Origin: an uncultured Candidatus Saccharibacteria bacterium
Lineage (GTDB): Bacteria; Patescibacteriota; Minisyncoccia; Phycocordibacterales; UBA9973
Reading direction: 5' to 3'
Length of the DNA stretch: 64,000 nt
Assembly: GCA_964446965.1 (NCBI GenBank)
Contig: CAYUQD010000003.1
Location: forward strand, 3,989 to 67,988
Of the stretch, positions 27,287 to 36,276 are shown in pieces. The translations under genes were made by a program, and so were the position numbers. Under the pieces are notes generated by a model. That model saw nothing but the letters and a program-made list of their open reading frames with translations, had not been told where the DNA came from and searched no databases. Position 1 is the stretch's first letter. Each line of letters opens with the position of its first letter.

Positions 27287-28645
27287 TTATTTGAACAATA
27301 TGCGGATATCTTCAAGTTGTTTCATGAGATTTGGATCTGTGGCGAGCTCTCCTTTGATCTTCTCATATGAGTGGATGACTGTTGTATGATCTTTTCCCCC
27401 AAGTTTTGCACCAATAGAGGGATAGCTCTCGTTGAAGTCCTCACGGAGCATGAACATGATGATTTGTCGTGCACGAACAATCTCTTTGCGACGAGTTTTC
27501 TCATAGATTACTCGCTCATCGAGGTTGTAGTAGTCAGAGATGAGCTTCACGACGGTGTCTATAGATACTATTTTCTTTGGTTTGACACTATTTTTGATAA
27601 GGAGCTTGACCTCAGGGAGACTGATTGGTTTTTGTTTGACTGAGGCGTGTACATTGATCACATTGAGGACGCCTTCGAGTTCACGGATACTGCTTGTCAC
27701 CACAGAAGCTACATAGAGGAGTACATCTTCTTCGAGGGGGTGTGGGAGGTGACTACTCTTTTCTCGGACAATGGCGAGACGACTCTCGAGATCAGGTTCT
27801 TGGATATCGATCGTCATACCAGCGTTAAATCTGGTCTTGAGGCGGTCTTCGAGGCCAATAATATGGTTGGGGTGCTTGTCACTTGAGAAGATGATGTTCT
27901 TGTTCTGTTCATAGAGCGTGTTGAACAGGTGAAAGAGTTCGGTCTGTGTCCCCTCCTTGCCTGAGATGAACTGGATATCATCAATGATGAGTACGTCGTA
28001 CTTGCGGTACTTTTCTCGGAATGTATTGGAACGGTTGGCCTGCACTGAGGTAGTGTAGTCATTCATGAATTTCTCCGCAGTGGTGTAGTAGACACGTTTG
28101 TCAGGAAAGAGCCGTTTGAACTCATTCCCTACAGCCTGGATGAGGTGAGTTTTGCCGAGACCACTCGGACTATAGAAGAAAAGGGGGTTATATGCGTTCT
28201 GAGGGTTCTTGATGACGGCTTGGGCTGCAGCATAGGCGAGCTCGTTGAATGGCCCCACAATGAAGCTCTCGAACGTATAGCGAGGGTTGAGGTTGTCATC
28301 ACGGTTGATATAGAGTTGTTGGAGTGGGAGTTCGTTGCGCTCAGGTTCAATCGTCTTTGGGGTGGATTGGGCGACTGGAGTCGGTGTGCCAATAATGAAC
28401 TCTACCCCTCGAATATGGTCGAGATAACTCACAATCGTCTTGAGGATGAGTTTGTGATACTTGGTCATCATCCATTCACGGACAAATTCGTTGGGGACGG
28501 CGACATAGATGATCCCTTCCTCCTCTTTGTTGATAGCAGTATTCTTGAACCACGTCGTGAAATTGGCATTGGTAACCTGAGGTTCAATGTCCTGCAAGCA
28601 TTTAGACCATAGTTGTGAGACGGAGTGTTCCATGAGTATCATCAT
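27287..28645 (-). CDS. dnaA: Chromosomal replication initiator protein DnaA
   Basis: AAA+ Walker A GLGKTHL, Walker B IDDIQF, sensor motifs, and the C-terminal DNA-binding helix (KLGGKDHTTVIHSYEKI). Confidence 0.9.
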   Translation of the reverse strand: MMILMEHSVSQLWSKCLQDIEPQVTNANFTTWFKNTAINKEEEGIIYVAVPNEFVREWMMTKYHKLILKTIVSYLDHIRGVEFIIGTPTPVAQSTPKTIEPERNELPLQQLYINRDDNLNPRYTFESFIVGPFNELAYAAAQAVIKNPQNAYNPLFFYSPSGLGKTHLIQAVGNEFKRLFPDKRVYYTTAEKFMNDYTTSVQANRSNTFREKYRKYDVLIIDDIQFISGKEGTQTELFHLFNTLYEQNKNIIFSSDKHPNHIIGLEDRLKTRFNAGMTIDIQEPDLESRLAIVREKSSHLPHPLEEDVLLYVASVVTSSIRELEGVLNVINVHASVKQKPISLPEVKLLIKNSVKPKKIVSIDTVVKLISDYYNLDERVIYEKTRRKEIVRARQIIMFMLREDFNESYPSIGAKLGGKDHTTVIHSYEKIKGELATDPNLMKQLEDIRILFK

Positions 28646-28771
28646 ACAGTATCCGTACCACTTTGTTGAAAGTGTGGATAAGCTGTGTACAGAGTGGATT
28701 ATAGCAGAATAGGAGGAAGGAGAAATACTACTTGATTACTTCCCTATCTTTGTGTATAGTTCTCGATACTT
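28646..28771. promoter_or_regulatory. Divergent dnaA / rpmH promoter region with DnaA boxes
   Basis: TGTGGATAA at 28674-28682 is a perfect box; AGTGGATTA at 28693-28701 is weak. This is the classic rpmH<>dnaA divergent arrangement. Confidence 0.45.
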
Positions 28772-28906
28772 ATGTCACAGACCTACCAGCCAAACAAGCG
28801 AAAACGAGCTACAACACACGGATTTCTCGTGCGTAGTGCCTCTGTAGGTGGCCGCAAGGTCCTCAAGGCTCGTCGCCAGAAAGGCCGAGCAAAAATAAGC
28901 GTATAA
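28772..28906 (+). CDS. rpmH: 50S ribosomal protein L34
   Basis: Hand-translated: [44 protein letters not shown]. Below the ORF-track size cutoff. Canonical position upstream of rnpA. Confidence 0.85.
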   Translation: MSQTYQPNKRKRATTHGFLVRSASVGGRKVLKARRQKGRAKISV

Positions 28907-28913
28907 TACGCCT

Positions 28914-29243
28914 ATGCTCCCCTCGATAGAACGGGTACCCCGCTCAGAATTCCAGAATATCCTTGAAAATAAGGGTATTTTAGTTATTTATAACAAACTC
29001 GGCACCCTCAAATACGTCCCAATAGCGCCCAAAATGCTCTCTGTCGTGACCAGTAGCAAGCACGAAAAGAAGGCGGTACTGCGCAACAAGCTCCGCCGAC
29101 GGATATACTCCCTTGCCCAGACCCTTCCTATACCTATACAAGGCATCTTTTATGTTGCAAAATCAAGCTATTCCCTCTCATTTCCCGAGATCAAGACCCT
29201 TTTCAATGAATTACTCACAAAAGCTCAAAAAACTACCAAATAG
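28914..29243 (+). CDS. rnpA: Ribonuclease P protein component
   Basis: Basic 109-aa protein with KKAVLRNKLRRRIY (the RNR motif region). Immediately follows rpmH. Confidence 0.75.
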   Translation: MLPSIERVPRSEFQNILENKGILVIYNKLGTLKYVPIAPKMLSVVTSSKHEKKAVLRNKLRRRIYSLAQTLPIPIQGIFYVAKSSYSLSFPEIKTLFNELLTKAQKTTK

Positions 29244-29472
29244 CGTCGCAATTCTATTAATACGTATATATCGGGTTATTTTCTCGCCTTCAGTCGGTAT
29301 ACTGCGGATTATCCCCTTCTACCCCCGCCCTACCTGTATCTTTTATCCTACCTGCTCCCAATACGGCATCGATGCGTTCCGAACATATCCATTTCTCACC
29401 GCCCTACGCAAAACAGCAAACCGTGTTGGTCGCTGTCATCCGGGAAATGAACCTGGGGTGGATATGATTTAG
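29206..29472 (+). CDS. yidD: Membrane protein insertion efficiency factor YidD
   Basis: RIYRVIFSP...CIFYPTCSQYGIDAF...GRCHPGNEPGVD are conserved YidD Cys motifs. Start at the internal Met of ORF 29113..29472; overlaps the rnpA 3' end. Confidence 0.75.
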   Translation: MNYSQKLKKLPNSVAILLIRIYRVIFSPSVGILRIIPFYPRPTCIFYPTCSQYGIDAFRTYPFLTALRKTANRVGRCHPGNEPGVDMI

Positions 29473-30506
29473 ATAGAAATTTTTACTTTAGACATTATTT
29501 GATCGTATATTTGAGGGTTTTTGAATCGATTCTTAAATTCTTCTATATTATCAGATAGATCACCACGAATTATTTCAGGTCTGTCATTGTCTTTCCTGCC
29601 TCTTTTAATAAACGTATCAATTACGTTTTGAACATTGGTCGCTATTTGGTCTGGAGTAACAAGGCCTTTATAGATCATATACTCCGCAGTATTTGTACTC
29701 CCTGAGACTAATGCTCCAAAGTTGTTGTAATTTAATAATAATTCTTCCACGTGTTGTTGTGGAAAGTTTTTTATGGAGGATTTAGTAGAATCACCAATTT
29801 CTGGTTCGACGAGTTCTCCTTCTATTGATGCTTTTTTCTCTATCAAGTCATTCAATGCAACTTCTGTCACAAGAGTACCTTCTGTTGCTTTTACTTGAAC
29901 ATACTCGCGAGGATGTATTTCATTAGTCGTTTTGATATCAGAAGTTACTTCCACTTCGACAAGCTCTCCTTTGCTTTCCAAATTAAATTTTGAACCAATT
30001 TTAATTAATTCTCGAGGCGGAGCTTTCTTTTCAAAAACTTCAACATCTTCCTTGATTTCCCCCCTTACTTCTACTTGATCCTTTTTACTATTCAATTCAC
30101 GTATGTTATCTATAATTCCAGACTTCTCAGATTCTTTTTCTCTAGTTTTTTCATCTAGTTCAGTGTTACTTTCCACTCCTTTTATTTTGCGATCAGATAA
30201 GTCACGAAGTTCGTTTATAACTGAATTCAAATCACTTTTTTGTTGTGAAAGCAATGTATCCTTATCTATTACAGTATTCAACTCTTCGGAGTTACCACCA
30301 CGTGCTTCAGCATTCTCAATATTTGCTGCGGTTTGTGAGCTCATACTTTCGACTTGAGTATTGAGTGCAGCCAGTTTCTCGTCAGCGAGAGCTACTAAAT
30401 CCTCGTGTCCCAATAACTCTGTGTCTTCTTTGAATTTCTCTAAACCAACCCTGTCTTCCCCTATTGTCTCGAGTTCTTTCTTGAGTAAATCTTTTTCGTT
30501 ATCCAT
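29469..30506 (-). CDS. Hypothetical acidic coiled-coil protein (AT-rich; opposite strand between yidD and yidC)
   Basis: 345 aa, Glu/Lys/Asp-rich with heptad-like periodicity. No enzymatic motif. Confidence 0.5.
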   Translation of the reverse strand: MDNEKDLLKKELETIGEDRVGLEKFKEDTELLGHEDLVALADEKLAALNTQVESMSSQTAANIENAEARGGNSEELNTVIDKDTLLSQQKSDLNSVINELRDLSDRKIKGVESNTELDEKTREKESEKSGIIDNIRELNSKKDQVEVRGEIKEDVEVFEKKAPPRELIKIGSKFNLESKGELVEVEVTSDIKTTNEIHPREYVQVKATEGTLVTEVALNDLIEKKASIEGELVEPEIGDSTKSSIKNFPQQHVEELLLNYNNFGALVSGSTNTAEYMIYKGLVTPDQIATNVQNVIDTFIKRGRKDNDRPEIIRGDLSDNIEEFKNRFKNPQIYDQIMSKVKISI

Positions 30507-30510
30507 GGTA

Positions 30511-30678
30511 TTAAAATAAATTAGTAATTTCTTGTCTGAGTGCCTCCATTTTTTTCTGATCTATCTCTTTGAAATACTGGGCAATTACCTCTTTTTGGCG
30601 GGCTTCAAGTTCCAAGAGTTTTTGTCTCGCTGTTTCGTAAATCTCTTCTATTTTCTGCTTTTTCTCTTCATTGGTCAT
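30511..30678 (-). CDS. Possible small coiled-coil protein (55 aa) immediately upstream of the 29469..30506 gene
   Basis: Hand-translated: MTNEEKKQKIEEIYETARQKLLELEARQKEVIAQYFKEIDQKKMEALRQEITNLF. Its stop lies 5 nt before the downstream ATG. Below the ORF-track cutoff. Confidence 0.25.
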   Translation of the reverse strand: MTNEEKKQKIEEIYETARQKLLELEARQKEVIAQYFKEIDQKKMEALRQEITNLF

Positions 30679-30748
30679 ATTTTTTCATAATTGTACCAAC
30701 ATAGCCTGTCAATTGCCATTTTTGGCACTATCTGTACAATAGAAAGTC

Positions 30749-31453
30749 ATGAATACCCTTTGGAACACCGTTATCTACGACCCGATCTACAACGCGCTCA
30801 TTTTCATTGCCCAGAACATCACAATGCAGGATGTAGGACTCGCAGTGATCGTACTCACGGTGCTCATCCGCTTCATCATTATGCCCCTCTCCAAAAAGAG
30901 CATTGTCGGGCAGTACAAGATGCGCGCGCTCGAGCCCAAACTCCAAGAGATCAAAGCTCGCGGCCTCTCAAAAGAAGAAGAAGCCAAAGAAACCTTTGCG
31001 CTCTACAAGACCGAAAAGATCAACCCGTTCTCCGGATGTCTCTACCTCCTCATCCAGCTCCCGATCCTCTTTGCGCTCTACTTTGTCTTCATGCGTGGAG
31101 TGGTACAACCAGATCATCTCTACTCATTCCTCAGTACTGATGGCCTCCGCAATACCCTCTTTGGGATCATCGACATTACCCTCCCATTCCTCCCGTTTGC
31201 AATACTCGCTGGTATCACCCAAGGTCTCCAAGCCTTCCTCCAACCAAAGCCTCCAGTATCAAATGAGAAAGGATTCCAAAATCAATTTGCAAAGAGTATG
31301 TCGGTGCAGACTCGGTACGTACTCCCGATCATTATCATTATTGTCGCAAGCAAGCTCGCTGCAGCAGTATCGTTGTACTGGATTGTGGCAAATACGTTCT
31401 CTATACTTCAGGAACTCTATTTCCGCAACAAGATCAAAGCAGGCAAACTCTAA
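30749..31453 (+). CDS. yidC: Membrane protein insertase YidC (short, Oxa1-like form)
   Basis: LAVIVLTVLIRFIIMPLSKKS...MRALEPKLQEIKAR...NPFSGCLYLLIQLPILFALYFV shows the conserved YidC TM2-TM3 core. Five TM helices. Confidence 0.85.
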   Translation: MNTLWNTVIYDPIYNALIFIAQNITMQDVGLAVIVLTVLIRFIIMPLSKKSIVGQYKMRALEPKLQEIKARGLSKEEEAKETFALYKTEKINPFSGCLYLLIQLPILFALYFVFMRGVVQPDHLYSFLSTDGLRNTLFGIIDITLPFLPFAILAGITQGLQAFLQPKPPVSNEKGFQNQFAKSMSVQTRYVLPIIIIIVASKLAAAVSLYWIVANTFSILQELYFRNKIKAGKL

Positions 31454-31454
31454 T

Positions 31455-31490
31455 AAAAAAACCGCTCACCTCATAGTGAGCGGTTTTTTA
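31455..31490 (+). terminator. Rho-independent terminator after yidC
   Basis: AAAAAAACCGCTCAC-CTCATA-GTGAGCGGTTTTTTA. Confidence 0.65.
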
Positions 31491-31496
31491 GTTGTA

Positions 31497-32762
31497 TTAA
31501 TATGAGAACTGCCAGAGGAGACCGGTCTGTTTGTCGACGAAATACACACGTTGCGCCCCTTCGTCTACAGAAAGCATCGTCATGTCATATGAAGCACTCG
31601 TGTTGTCATAGAGAGTTGTTGCAGTGACTGCACCGGTGTTGATCCGGTAGAGTTTGTCACTAAACGATATTGTGCCTTGGTACCACGCATCAGGATATTG
31701 TGCCTCTGCGACAGTATCGTTGCCGGCACAGATGAGGTCGTCGGTAGTGAGCCAAGCGCATTTCTCGGGCATGACTTTGATATTGAGGGTACGAGTCGTG
31801 TTGTTCTTTGTGTTGAGGATCTTTGAGACGAATGCTGTATCAGTACTCTGTGAGTAGAGTATGTATGCCCCAGAGGGACTCACACTTGCGGTCAGACCGT
31901 TGATGTCCCCGATGACGCGACGAAGTTTCTTTTCAGTGGTATCGATTTTGTAGAGGTATCCAGGTGCTTGGGCAGTTGCCTTGGTCTGGAGATAGATCGT
32001 CTTTGCGGTCGGCCACGAGAGGATCCATTCTCGGAATGGAGTGCTCACGATGTCTACCTTCTTTGCATTGAGACTCGTCGTGGTTGAGAGAAGTGCACCA
32101 TTAGCATCTATTGCAATACGTGCAACCTGTGTACCATCTGGAGATGCGACCGCAGAGATAATGTTGTCGGGGAGATATACCCCTTCATGTTGCGTACGAG
32201 TGCCGTTGGGGTTGGGTGGAGGGATCGGGACACTATATGTTGCAACAGTACGTGCATCTGGACGAATAAAACGCAGGAGTGCTGTTGTAGACTTGTCCGC
32301 AAAGACCGTCTCATAAATATTGGGGATGTAGACGTTCGAGATCTGGAGCGGTACTGCGTCGTCCTCTATCTCGTACACATACCCATTGCTGCGTGAGACA
32401 TAGCGTACGATGCGTTTGATAACGGTCTGTAGTGTCGGCTTTGCTTTGGGTGTGTTGGGGTCTGCCGCGATCGTGAGGGTTGAGGATTGTGTGAATGCGC
32501 TATACCCTGCTACTGCACTTGCGCTCATGAGGCGAAATGCTGAAGGAGCTGCTGATTGGGATATTGGGATTGTTGAGGTTGGAGTATCGGGGATGAGACC
32601 GGGAATGTTGGTGGGATCCCCACTATCACCTATCGGAAAGAATGCCGAAAAGTCAGTGATCGCAGGCACTCCCGGAGCGGTCTGTCGACTCTTTGCATAC
32701 AGATACCATCCGACACCTGCGACAACAATAACGATAAGTATGATAATGAGGCCCTTGCGCAT
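31497..32762 (-). CDS. Membrane-anchored extracellular protein, beta-propeller-like (last gene of the T4SS-like cluster)
   Basis: N-terminal TM (MRKGLIIILIVIVVAGVGWYLY). Repeated beta-strand-rich segments with S/T-D-G motifs resemble PD40/TolB-type blades. Confidence 0.5.
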   Translation of the reverse strand: MRKGLIIILIVIVVAGVGWYLYAKSRQTAPGVPAITDFSAFFPIGDSGDPTNIPGLIPDTPTSTIPISQSAAPSAFRLMSASAVAGYSAFTQSSTLTIAADPNTPKAKPTLQTVIKRIVRYVSRSNGYVYEIEDDAVPLQISNVYIPNIYETVFADKSTTALLRFIRPDARTVATYSVPIPPPNPNGTRTQHEGVYLPDNIISAVASPDGTQVARIAIDANGALLSTTTSLNAKKVDIVSTPFREWILSWPTAKTIYLQTKATAQAPGYLYKIDTTEKKLRRVIGDINGLTASVSPSGAYILYSQSTDTAFVSKILNTKNNTTRTLNIKVMPEKCAWLTTDDLICAGNDTVAEAQYPDAWYQGTISFSDKLYRINTGAVTATTLYDNTSASYDMTMLSVDEGAQRVYFVDKQTGLLWQFSY

Positions 32763-32777
32763 ACGAGTAGTATATCA

Positions 32778-34592
32778 CTAGAGAGCGTATGCAGCAGGAT
32801 TGCTTTTGCAAATCTGATATTCTCGCATCTTTTTTGCGACGGTTGCATTCACGACAGCACTGTTTGCATTGCAACCACCCCCTGCCCCAGCTTGGTAGAC
32901 ACGAAATGCTCCTTCGGCACTACCACCACACTGTTGCAACCCCTGTTTGAGTAGGTTGATACCTGCGGTTACGTTATCTTCGGGGACGAGAATGGTCTGC
33001 CATCCAGTGAATGGAACACTTCTATTGATCCAGTGTGTCCCCCCTTCTTTTACCCCCTCACGCCAAGCCGCAGTGTTGTATCCTGTTGGGAATTTTGTTA
33101 TCTGCATGAGTCCCCCACCTTTGCTAAATCTCCAGTCGAGACCGTATCCTGCTTGAGAAGAATTGATAGATTTGGGACAGATGTTGAGGGTTTGTGAATC
33201 AGTAAATTTTGTCCCATCGAGCTTGATACCACTTCCGACGAATGCAGTTCTCGAAGGCACGCCGCTCACACGAACATTCTCATCACATCCGATGACGTTG
33301 GGTACCCAACTAGACTCGACCGTGATGGTCGCTTTGACGAGGCAGGCATCGATGGACTTTTGTTGAGAGAGTATGGTGACCATGTTCACATACACGGGCT
33401 TTGCTTTAATCGTCTGCCCAGTGAGCGTCTGATAGAATGCGGGATCGATGACTGCTTTTTCTACCCCCACCTCCACACTCGCCACATTAATACTATTCTC
33501 CACCAACTTCGGATTGATTGTATTGAGAATGAGATACGCCGAGAGTGCCAGCAATAACCCAATCAATGCAGTCTTGAATCCTTCTTTAGACTTCGCTTGA
33601 ATGAACGGAACATCAGAGGTGAGAATTGCATACCCTTCATACATCAACCGCAACACCAACACCACTGCAGTGAGCCCAATCAATGTCTTGAAGGCAAAGT
33701 TCAAAAATCCATTGATATCACAGACTGCATTTTCACCAATCTTTCCCTCAAGTTTCTGTTGTGCACACAAATCTGGATCCATCAGTACTGCAAGTCCAGG
33801 CCATGGTGCAAGCAAGTGATAGCTCTTTGCATCAAATGCTGCTTGTTCTGCTTGGCTCCCTGCCCCGATATATCCCTTGGTACTATCGAAGTCTCCGGCG
33901 CGGGAGTCGAGGGTTGTGGTTGTGCCTTTTTGTTTGATGATGTGGCGAAAGAAGTATTTTTTGTCCGGGGTGAGGCCGCTGATGTTCCAACGATAGGTCC
34001 CATCATCGCTGATTCCTTCGAGATCAGTCCCTGATCCTGTATGAGCAACTGCCACGAGCTTGTCGCTCGGTCCACCATCTGTTACGAAGGGTGATCGGGA
34101 ATATTCAAGTTCTATCTTGAGGTTGTTGACACTCGGATACACACTCGTATCTATTTTGCCCGAGATCGTCGCAGTCTGTCCGGTCGTATCAAAAGTGAGT
34201 GGCCATTTGTAGAATGACGCCGTCGCGTTGCCAGTGTTGACGATGAGAGTAGTCGTGACAGTGGTAGCAAATCCTGACATTCCGATACCTCCGCCCGGGA
34301 GTTTGAGCACTGAGAAGTAGTATGTGCGGTTAGTCGCATACGCGCTCCCCGCAATAGTCCATACGACACTACCATTGGTTGCAGACTGGATATTTGTGCT
34401 CGCTGGTGCGACTGGTGGAACGGGGTTGGGACCGTTGTAGAGTTCAAACCGAGCAGTAGCGTCGGTGACGCCGGTCATCGTCACGACGATACTAGTGGGT
34501 GTCTGTGTTGCGGTGAGTGGATACATCTCCGCAGAGGCAGATGTGGTGCAGAGAGAGAAAACAAATATTAAAAAGAGAAATAGTTTTTTCAT
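32778..34592 (-). CDS. Fusion protein: signal peptide, FN3-like domains, VirB2/pilin-like two-helix TM hairpin, C-terminal lytic transglycosylase (SLT/VirB1-like)
   Basis: Signal peptide MKKLFLFLIFVFSLCTTSASA. TM hairpin FLNFAFKTLIGLTAVVLVLRLMYEGY...FKTALIGLLLALSAYLILNTINP. C-terminal SLT motifs ATITVESSW (catalytic Glu-Ser), GLMQITKFPTGYNTAAW, YQAGAGG. Confidence 0.7.
   Translation of the reverse strand: MKKLFLFLIFVFSLCTTSASAEMYPLTATQTPTSIVVTMTGVTDATARFELYNGPNPVPPVAPASTNIQSATNGSVVWTIAGSAYATNRTYYFSVLKLPGGGIGMSGFATTVTTTLIVNTGNATASFYKWPLTFDTTGQTATISGKIDTSVYPSVNNLKIELEYSRSPFVTDGGPSDKLVAVAHTGSGTDLEGISDDGTYRWNISGLTPDKKYFFRHIIKQKGTTTTLDSRAGDFDSTKGYIGAGSQAEQAAFDAKSYHLLAPWPGLAVLMDPDLCAQQKLEGKIGENAVCDINGFLNFAFKTLIGLTAVVLVLRLMYEGYAILTSDVPFIQAKSKEGFKTALIGLLLALSAYLILNTINPKLVENSINVASVEVGVEKAVIDPAFYQTLTGQTIKAKPVYVNMVTILSQQKSIDACLVKATITVESSWVPNVIGCDENVRVSGVPSRTAFVGSGIKLDGTKFTDSQTLNICPKSINSSQAGYGLDWRFSKGGGLMQITKFPTGYNTAAWREGVKEGGTHWINRSVPFTGWQTILVPEDNVTAGINLLKQGLQQCGGSAEGAFRVYQAGAGGGCNANSAVVNATVAKKMREYQICKSNPAAYAL
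33472..33910. repeat. Intragenic direct repeat, copy A (~440 bp, near-identical to 35101..35550)
   Basis: A core of ~235 bp is identical base for base (ctacccccacctccacactcgcc...aaggcaaagttcaaaaa). There is a short divergent patch, then ~140 bp more at high identity. Encodes the shared TM hairpin. Confidence 0.8.
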
Positions 34593-34632
34593 CTAATATC
34601 GAGAGGATTATAGATGTATTGTACTACGAACA

Positions 34633-36276
34633 TTACTTTCCGTTTACTGACCAGTGCCAAGCTTCGCTCGGAAGATTTTTGAACCCATACTTTGCCGCAT
34701 TGATAGATAGCCATACATAACAAGGATTGCTATGGTCACGCTGCCCTATTCGTGAACCGTTGCAACTAAAATCAATCGCCATTCCTCGCTCGTGCATTGA
34801 GTGTCCAGGACGAGCTGTGGGAGGTCGGCACGATGTAGATGGTGTCGATTCATCAGGGCATCCGTGAGCTACACGCAACTGCTTTTGACGTATTGTAGAA
34901 CGTGATCCGTATCCCGTGAGGATGATATTGTTATTTTTTGCAGCGGCGATCATAGCAGTTAGTTTTTGGGCGATTGATTTGCACACATTAATTTTATTTG
35001 GTGTACCAAATGTAGTGACATCAACAAATCCTTCGGGGCAGGATTTTGTATCCCCTCCCACTGCATATATGTTGTTGGGTTCGAGTTCAGTTTCTTCATC
35101 TACCCCCACCTCCACACTCGCCACATTAATACTATTCTCCACCAACTTCGGATTGATTGTATTGAGAATGAGATACGCCGAGAGTGCCAGCAATAACCCA
35201 ATCAATGCAGTCTTGAATCCTTCTTTAGACTTCGCTTGAATGAACGGAACATCAGAGGTGAGAATTGCATACCCTTCATACATCAACCGCAACACCAACA
35301 CCACTGCAGTGAGCCCAATCAATGTCTTGAAGGCAAAGTTCAAAAAACCATTGATATCACAGACACTATTTTCTGATACTGTCTTCTCAACGTACTTCTT
35401 TTGATAACAGAGATCTGGATCCATCAGTACTGCAAGTCCAGGCCATGGTGCAAGCAAGTGATAACTCTTTGCATCAAATGCTGCTTTTTCTGCTTGGCTT
35501 CCTGCCCCGATATAACCCTTGGTACTATCGAAGTCTCCGGCGCGGGAGTTCAATACCGTCGCCGTACCTTTGAGGAGAACAACATGACGAAAATAATATT
35601 TTGTACCAGGCGTGAGTCCTGAGATATTCCAATAATAAGAACCGTCAGAGGCTACACCTTCGACACTACCTCCATCAGTAGTGTGCGCTTTTGCGATGAG
35701 TTTGTCGCTTGGACCCGCAGGAGTGGTGAAAGGGGTTCTCGCGTAGTGGAGTTGGAGCTCGAGCGCGCTTGTGTTGGGATACTTTGTGGTGTCGATGAGT
35801 CCTGAGATCATCGCAGTCTGTCCGGTGGGGACGAATGTCAGTGGCCAGCGATAGGTGTCGTCGGGGATACCTGCAGAACCGTTGATGATGGTTTGTGTTG
35901 CGGTGACCGGTTCATCTGTACCGGGAGAGATACCGTTGAGTTTGACTGCTCGGATATAGAGCGTTGTAGCGGGGTTGATACCAGATATCGACCATGCGAC
36001 GACATTGTTGGTGACAGGTTTGATCAGATCGCTCGCAGTACCGACAGGGAGAGTGTTTTGGGTATTTTGTGCAGCAATCGTAGAAAAAGGGGCCCTCAAT
36101 ATCTCGAGCTTGTATTGTGCGGTGTCGTTGGGTACACCAGTCATCGTCGCGGTCACAGCTGTCGTGGTGACAGAGATAGTGAGTGGGTATGTGGCAGCAT
36201 GTGCTGTGTCGATACGTGCCACACCCCCAACGAGGAAGTTTGCGACAAGTAGTAAAAGGAGCAGGAATGGTTTCAT
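34633..36276 (-). CDS. Paralogous fusion protein: signal peptide, FN3-like domains, same pilin-like TM hairpin, C-terminal M15-family (VanY/LAS) zinc peptidase
   Basis: The central ~150 aa is near-identical to the neighbouring paralog. C-terminal GYGSRSTIRQKQL...PGHSMHERGMAIDF...SEAWHWS has the HxxxxxxD and H zinc ligands of LAS/M15 D,D- or L,D-peptidases. Confidence 0.7.
   Translation of the reverse strand: MKPFLLLLLLVANFLVGGVARIDTAHAATYPLTISVTTTAVTATMTGVPNDTAQYKLEILRAPFSTIAAQNTQNTLPVGTASDLIKPVTNNVVAWSISGINPATTLYIRAVKLNGISPGTDEPVTATQTIINGSAGIPDDTYRWPLTFVPTGQTAMISGLIDTTKYPNTSALELQLHYARTPFTTPAGPSDKLIAKAHTTDGGSVEGVASDGSYYWNISGLTPGTKYYFRHVVLLKGTATVLNSRAGDFDSTKGYIGAGSQAEKAAFDAKSYHLLAPWPGLAVLMDPDLCYQKKYVEKTVSENSVCDINGFLNFAFKTLIGLTAVVLVLRLMYEGYAILTSDVPFIQAKSKEGFKTALIGLLLALSAYLILNTINPKLVENSINVASVEVGVDEETELEPNNIYAVGGDTKSCPEGFVDVTTFGTPNKINVCKSIAQKLTAMIAAAKNNNIILTGYGSRSTIRQKQLRVAHGCPDESTPSTSCRPPTARPGHSMHERGMAIDFSCNGSRIGQRDHSNPCYVWLSINAAKYGFKNLPSEAWHWSVNGK
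35101..35550. repeat. Intragenic direct repeat, copy B
   Basis: See copy A; offset 1629 bp. Confidence 0.8.
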
